DNA of 35,037 bases from a candidate division WOR-3 bacterium (GTDB taxonomy: Bacteria; Hydrothermota; Tepidihabitantia; Tepidihabitantales; CAIPLT01). Positions 24,760 to 32,984 of the stretch are shown one piece after another. Location: contig CBFGJZ010000003.1 of the NCBI GenBank assembly GCA_965649215.1, forward strand, positions 44,370 through 79,406, given 5' to 3'. The stretch's first letter is position 1; every line of letters begins with the position of its first letter. Below the pieces are notes generated by a model, which ran no database searches, was not told where the DNA came from, and was given only the letters and a program-made list of their open reading frames with translations. The position numbers and the translations under genes were made by a program.

Positions 24760-27700
24760 TTACTGAACGATCAGTTTCACTTGTGAAGAGTGATTTTCAT
24801 TTTCGAACTTGAGGAAGTAGACGCCTTTGGCTAATCTTTCGGCATTGAGATTCATTGTGTAAGCACCTGCATTCATCGTACCTTCAAGTAGAGTTTCAGT
24901 TAAGCGACCCGTTGCATTATAGAGTTTGACAGAGACTTTTCCGCTAACCGGTACATTATAACGGACGGTTGCCAGTTTGGTGAATGGATTCGGTGCGACG
25001 GTGAGATTGAAGAGCGCGGTTGCTTTGGTATTTTCAACCATCACTGCAGCGTAAGTGCGAGCAGTGCGTGCGACTTTGGCTTCTTTGGCTAAGACATTGT
25101 AACGCCAGAGTTCTTGCGTGTTATTACCTTTCATTAACCAGACATAGCCATTCGCATAAGCAAGTGCGGCACCGGTCTTTGGTACTGCTTTCTTGCCGGC
25201 ATCGCCTCTTGGAATTGTGCAGAGCGGTGTCCACTGACCAGGTAGTGTATCATAAGCCGGTGTATACATCCAGAAGTCTTGTTTGCCGCCGCCTTTGATT
25301 GCGTAGAGCACTGCGCCGTCATTGGTTAAGGCACCGCCATCGCCGATCTTGTTCTTCTTCGGTTTTTCAATCATTGAAGTCGGATAGGCTTGTGGTATAG
25401 ATTCTAATTCAGCCCATGGAGTATCGCCAAGAGTATCTCGGCTTGGATCGTAAACCCAGAGCGGATTGTATTTATCTTTACCTTTGAGTGCGTAGATTAA
25501 GTTACCCATTGTTGAGAGTGCACTACCATCTTTCCAGGCTTTATTGTTAATACCAAAGCTGGGTTTGGTGAGTTCAGTCCATGGTGTACCGCCTGCGGTA
25601 TCAGCAGTCGGGTCATAAACCCAGAAGTATTTGTGTTCTGCTTTTGCGCCACCGATTAAGAGATAGACTTTACCATTATACCAGGTAATTGAAGAACCAG
25701 CCTTCAGACCTTTGGTTGCCGGGATAAAGGCTTTGCTTACCCAGTGTGGACCAGTCACGATAATCTGGACGCTTTCTGGATCCGGATGCGGAATCGTTTC
25801 CACTGTGGTTCTCATGTCATATGCCCAGAATTCAAAGGTACCGTTACCTTTCACCGCATAAATTATGCTGTCGCCATCATAGCAGAGTGCTGCGCCTTTG
25901 CCAACTTTCTTCTTATTGATCTTGGTTGGGTCATAAGTGGTGGTTTTCGGATCATATTTGAAGCCGTATGGAATTGATTCTAATGTTTCAAATGCAGGTT
26001 CACCGCCAGGAGTATATTTATAGAAGTACCATGATTTATTACCTGGGAAGAGATAGAAGGAATTGCCAACTGCGACCATTGAACCACCGTCTTTCACAAA
26101 TTTGCCTGCTTTGACATCGTATGCTTGTGGTACTTCATCAGCAAGTTTCACCCAGGCGGGCAATTGTAATGTGAAGTAGACTGGTGTTGAATAATCTGAC
26201 CAGTTGCCAACTGCGTCTTTAGCTCTTACTTTCCAAGTATAAACACCGCTTGGCAAGTTAGTCTGATAAGTTGTATCCGATGTAGTAAATGTATATTCGG
26301 GTGGGGTTGGTGCTACATAAGGTTCAACTACCAATTCGTATTCCACTGCATCAGCAACTAAGTTCCAGACAAACTCTTGAGTTTCGGCTGTGACCAATGC
26401 ACTTTCGGCTGGTGCAATTGGGGTTGGCACTGCTGGTGGAACATCGTCAACAATCAAGCTTCGTGTTGCTGAGAAATCACTCCAGTTTTCATAAGCGTCT
26501 TTGGCTCTTACTTTCCAAGTATAGCCCGTACCGCCCGTGAGTGCAGTTGGATGAGTGTAAGAAGTACCAGTTTGATAAATATCGAGATCAGTTTCAGCAA
26601 CGCCGTCATCTACAACCAGGTTATATTCAACTGCATCTGCAACTGAGCTCCATTCAAAGGTTGGATAAGCATTAGTGGTTGCGCCATCTTCGGGTGAGAT
26701 CAACGCTGGTACTGCTGGTGGTGTCATATCAACTGAGAATGGACGGGTCATTTCATCGTTCGCAGGATTTAAATCTTCCGCAAGCGTGGTGTATGCTTTG
26801 AACACATAATCACCGGTTGCTGGTGGTGTCCACGACGTAAAGTATGCTTCCGCAGTTGCGTCTGAACCGCCCGCCACATTCGGTACTACTACTGTGCTGG
26901 TGTAGATTGGTGGTGGGAGACAGACGATTCTGATATTTGACCTGTTGTAAGTACGAGTACCAGTTCCAGTCGGTGGGTTGTTATCTGCATACCAGTATTG
27001 CTGACGATAATCTGGACTGGTTGAAGTATATCTAATTGCTTTTGCAGTAGAACCTTCGCCACCCGTCCCGCCATAATTGGTTTCCACTAATACTTTCAAA
27101 TTGCCACCTGTGTAGTTAAATGGTGTAATTGTAACACGATACCAATCACCGCCTGTGAATGTCAAGTTACCATCAAATACTAATGTTGCACCTGCGGTTT
27201 CGGCTGCCCAAGTTGTTGCCGCGGCAAATGTTGCGTCAGTGGTTGTTTTTAGATAAATGCGGACCGGACCATCAGCATGTGAAGCCAGCGATGCAATATA
27301 CCAATCAAGATAATTGATTGTTCCAGTAAAACCGATTTCACTTGCTAAATAGATTGTTGCAGTTCGCTCATATCCCCAATACATACCAAATGGCCATCTC
27401 TGAGTTGAGGTGCCCGTGCCGATTATTACAGTATTGCTGGGTGGTGCGATTTCTGCGGTTACAGTAATGTCTTCGGAAATCTGACCATTATTAATCACCG
27501 TGACTTGTGGTGTAATCTGAGCACCGCCAATCGTGCCGGTTGGTGGGACTGTAATTGCGCTCACGCCAACATCGCGATATGGCAGAGTTGTCTGCATTGC
27601 GGATGGACCATAAGCAGTACTGATCATTGCGCCATTACGGGCTTGCACATCAAAAGTATATTGGGTATTGGTCGTTAAACCACTCACCACAATACCGCTG

Positions 27701-30700
27701 GCACCGCCAAATGCCGCATAATCACCCCAAACCACTGCATCAACTAAAGTGCCTGTGGTTGGGTCAACATATTTGGTCACATCTGTGCCATAATTAACGC
27801 GAATATTAAATTCAGTTGTCGTCGGATTGCCGTTTAAATCAATATAAACTTTCATTGAATAAGGACCAACATCTGAGAAAGTCGGAGCACCTGGCGTATT
27901 TGCCCAAGTCCAGTCATCATCAGCCGTGAAATTAGATTCACCCGTCATATTATTATAAGCAGTCACTCGATACCAATAATGAGTATTCGCAGAAAGACCA
28001 CTCACACCATAAGTAGTGCTATTAGCGTCCAGTGATGCGATCTTGGTAAAGTCAGTGCCATTGGTGGATTGATAAACAAAGAATGAATCTTCATCCGTAG
28101 AATTATCAGTCCAATCCATTTCCAGTGAAGTTGTACCAGTTATCGTAATTGCCAGATTGCTCGGCGCATTTGGTGGTGTTGCGGTTGTGAAACTATCTAC
28201 CGCTGATGGCGTAAATTGACCATCACCAACACCTGTCGTATCATTAATGGCAACTACTTGCCAATAATGTTTCGTGCCCACCGGTAGACCTGAATATGGA
28301 TAAGATGTACCTGAAACCAACGAACCGACCTTATTTACGGGCGGATTGTTAACATCCAGATACACATCATAGTACTGAGCCATCGTGCTCGCAGTCCATT
28401 GTAAATTGCCAAACAATGGTACATTAATCGCATTGCTTGCAGGATAGGTTAGCACTGGTGCACCTGGCATATCTGGGTTATATTCATCCGCACCAATATC
28501 TGGGAACAGACCGTTGCGAGTATTACCATCAAAGTCAGTGGTAATTGTCGCAATTGGTGTTCCTTTGCGGTTTACAGTCATCGAACTACTCTGAATGTGT
28601 AAATCAGTAGCACTAACAAAGTCAGGATTGGCGCTGATTGAATTAAGATCTTGACCTGAAGCGCCTTGCCAATCAAGCAATGTCTTACGCGCTGAAGTCC
28701 AATAACCAACATAACCATATGTCGCATCACCCGCATATAGATCATTATAATTAGAAACTAACCCTGCTCCTGTATTGGATGCATAGAAGCAATAATGATT
28801 ACTTGTGTTAGTCCCATTCATACGATTATTAAAGACAATGTTATTCTTCACATTCATTATTGATTGATAGCCACGATAAATACCATACGAAGAACCACCA
28901 GTCACATCAGTACCGCCAAAATAAATTGAGTTATAATAAATGTCAAACAGATAATTTGTACCTGAACCTTCATAAATACCATAAATATAGGCGCTTGGGT
29001 GGGTAGTTGTTGCATCAAAGAGAATCATATTGTTAGCAACTGTCGTAACATATGTTGTTGAACCATAATACAAATACACGCCATAGAAATACGGGTATGA
29101 GCCTGAAGACTTGAACTCATAGATCTTATTACCAATGATATTACCGCAAGTTGTGTTAGAACCATAAATAGTAACGCCCCTGATAGAAGTGCTGGTTTGA
29201 GTCGTGACTGTGGTAATATTGTTATTCAATACATTTAAGAACATTTCATTAGCATAGGCATATACACCATTAGTCGAGAAATCGTAGATATTACAATTCT
29301 GAATTGTGTTGTACATATTCCATTTCGGATTGGCTGAACCATATCCTGTTACCGCATTAGCAGCAAAAGTCGTACCTGATGTAATATCGCAGTTATAAAT
29401 TGTATTATAGTTATTACCTGTGGCACCGCTCGAAGTTGAGAACAAGATAATACCGCTGGTTGTGGTTGTAACGACTCCTTTAACCACGCAATTCTTAACT
29501 GTGTTGTAAGAAGCACCATTGATAAATCTGATCGTTGCACCTGATGTATTAGTATTGGAAATGGTCATATCTTTACCATCCGCACCATTGTCGCCATCAA
29601 AAGTTACTCCTTGCACACCGTTCAAATCAAAGATTGCGGTTGCATTAGAACCTTCAATCACTGGTGAAACGCCAGTTTGCGGTTTAATGGTTAGTGTCCA
29701 GTTACCACCGGAATAAGCTGGTGGGGCATAAATGGTCAATGGATAGGTTTCTGATGGGTAAGTGGCGTCAACTAATACAAAGGTAACATTACCCGTAATT
29801 ATGCTTGAATTCCATGCGGCTAATGCTTCGGTAATTGTTGTATAGTCCGCATCACTTGTTCCAACAGTCTTGGTACCACTTAAAGTATTATAGGCTTTTA
29901 AGTTCGCGGTCATAAAGTCATCAGCAGGATAATCATCGCCACCGCTAAGTGCAGTTGAACACATTACTGCAATCGTTGTCGTATCGGGCATATAAAGTTT
30001 TGTGGCAAAATTAAAAGTGGTAGTTGTGTTATATGGTAAAGTGCCTGTCCAAGTCTCTGGACCAACCAGTCCAGCAGGAGTGCGATAATAAACATCAATT
30101 GATGTCTGAGTTGTGTAACCCGTGTTTTCAATAGTTACTTGCACAATTGCCGAATCACCAGCTACAACCGGTGCGTTAGCAAAACCGACGCCTATAACCG
30201 CAACATCGTTGTTATTCTGCAAACTCTGTTGATACAAGAATGGGAATTGCGAACCCGTTGCGCCGCCTGCCATAACCACTTCTTGGGAACCATTGGCGGT
30301 TGTTCGCCACTTATTAATATTACCAATACCAATGCCTGAATAAATAGGTCCGCCCATACTTGGCAACGGCCAGTAATAATAACTTTCTCCGTCTTTCCAT
30401 AATGCAATCGGCATACCTGAAACACTACCTGGTGTAAAAATCATCACATTGCCATTGAAAAAGTCAAATACTGGTCCGCCAATATTGACTTCACCTAAAA
30501 TTCCCCATGCACTATAAAGAATAAATCTGGTTCGCCACCAGGTTGTGCCATCATTTCTTAACAAGAAAATATTACCATATGTAGCATATGCATAACCGTT
30601 ATTAATTGCGATTTCATCGCCCGGATTTAACGGGTCATAATCGCCAACTGCGATATCATAAAAGTCAACATCAGCATAGAATGAGTCAATCGGGGCATAA

Positions 30701-31464
30701 TTGAGCGCGGCGCCGCCGACCGAATGCCATTGTTTTACGGTCTGACCATAAGTACAGACATATAACTCATTACCTGTTTTATTCGGGTCGGCATTGCCAA
30801 TTGCAACACCATAAATGGTTCCCGCACTGCTGGTCCAAATTCTTACCGTGTCCCAGGTTGAAGTGCCCGTGTTCCAGAAACACTTCATCAGGGCTGTACC
30901 ATTTGTAAAATAGATTTCATTAAGACCATCATTATCTGGGTCGCCAATTGCGATATCATAGATATACGAAGCTACCTGCGCGATTGTATCAACTTGCCAA
31001 TTTGAACCATCCCATTGCGCTCTCTTTAGACGATATGGTGTTGATGAACGACCAAAAATGATTTCCGGGATACCGTCATTATTGGCATCACCAATCGCTG
31101 CCGCGTGAAAACCAACAGCTGAAGATTCAATCATTTCCGCGCGCCAAGCGGTTCTAAAGATTGGCCCTGCTGTTGATGTATCGGTATAAAGCAACTGTCT
31201 ACGTGGTGATGCGGAATTCGCGATAAAGAAACGAACCGTATCATCGAGCGCACCCTTTAAACCGACACCAACCGCAATATCACGCAAAGTACCTGTATTA
31301 TATGTTGCTGTATATTGAGTCATTATTTTCATCGTATCAACTGTCTGCGGTTTGTCCGGCACATATTGAATCGGAGTAATCAGACCTTCGTCTTTCACTT
31401 CTGCAAACGCAATTGTCATTAGCCCTAATAAGACTAATGTGAGTAAAAGTCTGTTTTTACTCAT
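24760..31464 (-). CDS. Giant secreted multidomain surface protein B, paralog of 16509-23702
   Basis: 2234-aa ORF colinear with protein A (RDIAVG..DDTVR, LSGxKTVG, SETYPL, PDIGADEY, WTDNS, VKDGG, KGNNTxExW, GVYFxKF). RBS GGAGGT. Confidence 0.87.
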   Translation of the reverse strand: MSKNRLLLTLVLLGLMTIAFAEVKDEGLITPIQYVPDKPQTVDTMKIMTQYTATYNTGTLRDIAVGVGLKGALDDTVRFFIANSASPRRQLLYTDTSTAGPIFRTAWRAEMIESSAVGFHAAAIGDANNDGIPEIIFGRSSTPYRLKRAQWDGSNWQVDTIAQVASYIYDIAIGDPDNDGLNEIYFTNGTALMKCFWNTGTSTWDTVRIWTSSAGTIYGVAIGNADPNKTGNELYVCTYGQTVKQWHSVGGAALNYAPIDSFYADVDFYDIAVGDYDPLNPGDEIAINNGYAYATYGNIFLLRNDGTTWWRTRFILYSAWGILGEVNIGGPVFDFFNGNVMIFTPGSVSGMPIALWKDGESYYYWPLPSMGGPIYSGIGIGNINKWRTTANGSQEVVMAGGATGSQFPFLYQQSLQNNNDVAVIGVGFANAPVVAGDSAIVQVTIENTGYTTQTSIDVYYRTPAGLVGPETWTGTLPYNTTTTFNFATKLYMPDTTTIAVMCSTALSGGDDYPADDFMTANLKAYNTLSGTKTVGTSDADYTTITEALAAWNSSIITGNVTFVLVDATYPSETYPLTIYAPPAYSGGNWTLTIKPQTGVSPVIEGSNATAIFDLNGVQGVTFDGDNGADGKDMTISNTNTSGATIRFINGASYNTVKNCVVKGVVTTTTSGIILFSTSSGATGNNYNTIYNCDITSGTTFAANAVTGYGSANPKWNMYNTIQNCNIYDFSTNGVYAYANEMFLNVLNNNITTVTTQTSTSIRGVTIYGSNTTCGNIIGNKIYEFKSSGSYPYFYGVYLYYGSTTYVTTVANNMILFDATTTHPSAYIYGIYEGSGTNYLFDIYYNSIYFGGTDVTGGSSYGIYRGYQSIMNVKNNIVFNNRMNGTNTSNHYCFYASNTGAGLVSNYNDLYAGDATYGYVGYWTSARKTLLDWQGASGQDLNSISANPDFVSATDLHIQSSSMTVNRKGTPIATITTDFDGNTRNGLFPDIGADEYNPDMPGAPVLTYPASNAINVPLFGNLQWTASTMAQYYDVYLDVNNPPVNKVGSLVSGTSYPYSGLPVGTKHYWQVVAINDTTGVGDGQFTPSAVDSFTTATPPNAPSNLAITITGTTSLEMDWTDNSTDEDSFFVYQSTNGTDFTKIASLDANSTTYGVSGLSANTHYWYRVTAYNNMTGESNFTADDDWTWANTPGAPTFSDVGPYSMKVYIDLNGNPTTTEFNIRVNYGTDVTKYVDPTTGTLVDAVVWGDYAAFGGASGIVVSGLTTNTQYTFDVQARNGAMISTAYGPSAMQTTLPYRDVGVSAITVPPTGTIGGAQITPQVTVINNGQISEDITVTAEIAPPSNTVIIGTGTSTQRWPFGMYWGYERTATIYLASEIGFTGTINYLDWYIASLASHADGPVRIYLKTTTDATFAAATTWAAETAGATLVFDGNLTFTGGDWYRVTITPFNYTGGNLKVLVETNYGGTGGEGSTAKAIRYTSTSPDYRQQYWYADNNPPTGTGTRTYNRSNIRIVCLPPPIYTSTVVVPNVAGGSDATAEAYFTSWTPPATGDYVFKAYTTLAEDLNPANDEMTRPFSVDMTPPAVPALISPEDGATTNAYPTFEWSSVADAVEYNLVVDDGVAETDLDIYQTGTSYTHPTALTGGTGYTWKVRAKDAYENWSDFSATRSLIVDDVPPAVPTPIAPAESALVTAETQEFVWNLVADAVEYELVVEPYVAPTPPEYTFTTSDTTYQTNLPSGVYTWKVRAKDAVGNWSDYSTPVYFTLQLPAWVKLADEVPQAYDVKAGKFVKDGGSMVAVGNSFYLFPGNKSWYFYKYTPGGEPAFETLESIPYGFKYDPKTTTYDPTKINKKKVGKGAALCYDGDSIIYAVKGNGTFEFWAYDMRTTVETIPHPDPESVQIIVTGPHWVSKAFIPATKGLKAGSSITWYNGKVYLLIGGAKAEHKYFWVYDPTADTAGGTPWTELTKPSFGINNKAWKDGSALSTMGNLIYALKGKDKYNPLWVYDPSRDTLGDTPWAELESIPQAYPTSMIEKPKKNKIGDGGALTNDGAVLYAIKGGGKQDFWMYTPAYDTLPGQWTPLCTIPRGDAGKKAVPKTGAALAYANGYVWLMKGNNTQELWRYNVLAKEAKVARTARTYAAVMVENTKATALFNLTVAPNPFTKLATVRYNVPVSGKVSVKLYNATGRLTETLLEGTMNAGAYTMNLNAERLAKGVYFLKFENENHSSQVKLIVQ

Positions 31465-31475
31465 ATTTTACCTCC

Positions 31476-31683
31476 ATTTTATTTTTATTTTTGGCAGGGA
31501 TTTTTATCGGTGCAGAGCACCATCGGTTGAACCACGCATTACGATCAAGCCCACCCTGCCCAATGACTTGAGCGCGTAATGCGGGATTATAATAATAGAA
31601 CCTAAATTCCCATTCCCGTAGCATATCAATCAGCGCAAAAATAGCACTTGTCAATGCGCTTATCGCTAATCGTGACATGCTAC
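31476..31683 (-). ncRNA. Putative structured 5' leader of surface protein B (family unassigned)
   Basis: Stems 31618-31628/31673-31683, 31535-31543/31575-31583 (perfect 9 bp), 31545-31551/31565-31571 and 31509-31521, plus loop pairing 31554-31560/31493-31499. Confidence 0.55.
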
Positions 31684-31819
31684 TCAAATGAGAATTACAA
31701 CAAATCATTACTTTACTTTTTATTGTTCTCTGCTTTTCCTATCCTGCTTTTATACCTTTTCCTATATCCGACCATTTCCCTATTTCTCAGCCATTAAATA
31801 TATTTCCTTCTATGCTAAA

Positions 31820-31847
31820 ATTATAGATTTTTTTTATGTTTTGTCAA
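31820..31847 (-). promoter_or_regulatory. Sigma70-type promoter of surface protein B
   Basis: TTGACA (31847-31842), 16 nt spacer, TATAAT (31825-31820). Confidence 0.7.
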
Positions 31848-32028
31848 GAGTTTTGTTTGTCTGATGTAATCTTTTTATTGTTTATAACTATAAAACGGAT
31901 AAATGCTTATACAACACATTACCAAAAATATTTAGATAGACATTACACTCACCAACAGGGTATCATATCATAATAGATTGCTTCGGTTATCACAATCGCT
32001 CCTGATAAGAAAAAGATATATTATCGGC

Positions 32029-32219
32029 AAGATTGCTTCAGTCGTTACACTCCTTCGCAATGATAAACGGGAAAAACTGTCGGTAAGATTGCTTCGTCGC
32101 TATCGCTCCTCGCAATGACAAAAGATAGGGTGTCATTGCGAGACTACGAAGTAGTCGTGGCAATCTTGCATACGCCCCTTATCGTCATTGCGAGCGAATG
32201 AAATGAGCGTGGCAATCTT
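32029..32219. repeat. REP-like palindrome cluster C (4 units), left flank of the GIY-YIG gene
   Basis: Units at 32029-32065 and 32085-32120 (rev), 32131-32167 and 32183-32219 (fwd). Partial relic at 31975-31987. Confidence 0.9.
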
Positions 32220-32273
32220 ACTAACAGTAAAATAGTGCTTTCTTTGATTACTTTCAACCATAATAAATATCCC

Positions 32274-32301
32274 TTGTAAATATAACAGTTACTTATATAA
32301 T
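32274..32301 (+). promoter_or_regulatory. Promoter for a leaderless GIY-YIG transcript
   Basis: TTGTAA (32274-32279), 16 nt spacer, TATAAT (32296-32301), ATG at 32307. Confidence 0.55.
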
Positions 32302-32306
32302 AAAAC

Positions 32307-32577
32307 ATGTTCAAGCGATACTATATCTATATTCTGACCAATAAAAATAATTCTGTTTTATATACGGGTGTTACCAATAATCTAAAAAAAGAATATATGA
32401 ACACAAAGAGAAAGCAGTCTCAGGTTTTACTAAAAGATACAAGATTAATAAGTTGGTCTATTACGAGATTTTTTTTGACATATTAAGCGCCTTAACACGA
32501 GAAAAACAGATAAAAGAAGGGTCTCGAGAGAATAAAATAAAAACAAAGAATGGCGCGATTTGTATTATGAGTTGTGA
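32307..32577 (+). pseudogene. Small GIY-YIG nuclease (YhbQ/UPF0213-like), frameshifted
   Basis: Reconstructed MFKRYYIYILTNKNNSVLYTGVTNNLKK/RIYEHKEKAVSGFTKRYKINKLVYYEIFFDILSALTREKQIKEGSRENKIK/KEWRDLYYEL*. Frameshift in the A7 run at 32384-32390 and a frameshifting deletion near 32543. Confidence 0.88.
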
Positions 32578-32914
32578 GATTGCTTCGCTACGCTCGCAAA
32601 GACTAAACCTGACTGTCATAGCGAGACCACGAAGTGGTCGTGGCAATCTTGCATACGCCCCTTATCGTCATTGCGAGACTACGAAGTAGTCGTGGCAATC
32701 TTACATACAGTAAAGTAACAAGATAGATTGCTTCAGTCGTTACACTCCTTCGCAATGACAAACGGGAAAAACTGTCGGCAAGATTGCTTCGTCGCTATCG
32801 CTCCTCGCAATGACAAAAGATAGGGTGTCATAGCGAGACTACGAAGTAGTCGTGGCAATCTTACATACGCCCTTTATCGTCATTGCGAGACTACGAAGTA
32901 GTCGTGGCAATCTT
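32576..32914. repeat. REP-like palindrome cluster D (7 units), right flank of the GIY-YIG gene
   Basis: Units at 32576-32603 (rev, short), 32614-32650 and 32666-32702 (fwd), 32725-32760 and 32780-32815 (rev), 32826-32862 and 32878-32914 (fwd). Confidence 0.9.
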
Positions 32915-32923
32915 ACTAACAGT

Positions 32924-32967
32924 AAAAAAAGAAACGGATGCGACTTTACAAATGAAATCGCATCCGT
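32924..32967 (-). terminator. Intrinsic terminator of the membrane-complex operon
   Basis: ACGGATGCGA..TCGCATCCGT 10-bp stem followed on the minus strand by TTCTTTTTTT. Confidence 0.8.
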
Positions 32968-32984
32968 CTAAATACCAACTTCCC

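Larger units (their letters stand above)
32029..32927 (+). mobile_element. Putative REP-flanked GIY-YIG element (decayed)
   Basis: Nuclease pseudogene bracketed by near-identical ~200 bp blocks 32030-32232 and 32725-32927. Mobility is inferred, not shown. Confidence 0.5.

Noticed and set aside
16785-30425. Numerous 60-110 aa ORFs inside the two giant genes (similar short ORFs lie inside other CDSs)
   Set aside because: Shadow or alternate-frame ORFs fully overlapping well-supported genes, with no motifs.
31649-31654. TTGACA as a second promoter for protein B
   Set aside because: No -10 box at 16-18 nt spacing, and it lies in a predicted hairpin.
31457-31708. 83-aa ORF upstream of protein B
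   Set aside because: No recognisable motif or good RBS, and the region is better explained by RNA stems. A leader peptide is not strictly excluded.
32453-32689. 78-aa ORF as an independent gene
   Set aside because: It is the middle fragment of the GIY-YIG pseudogene running into repeats.
23973-32914. 36-37 bp repeats as a CRISPR array
   Set aside because: Orientations are mixed, spacers are mostly 10-25 nt and themselves repeated, the repeat interior is variable, and there are no cas genes.
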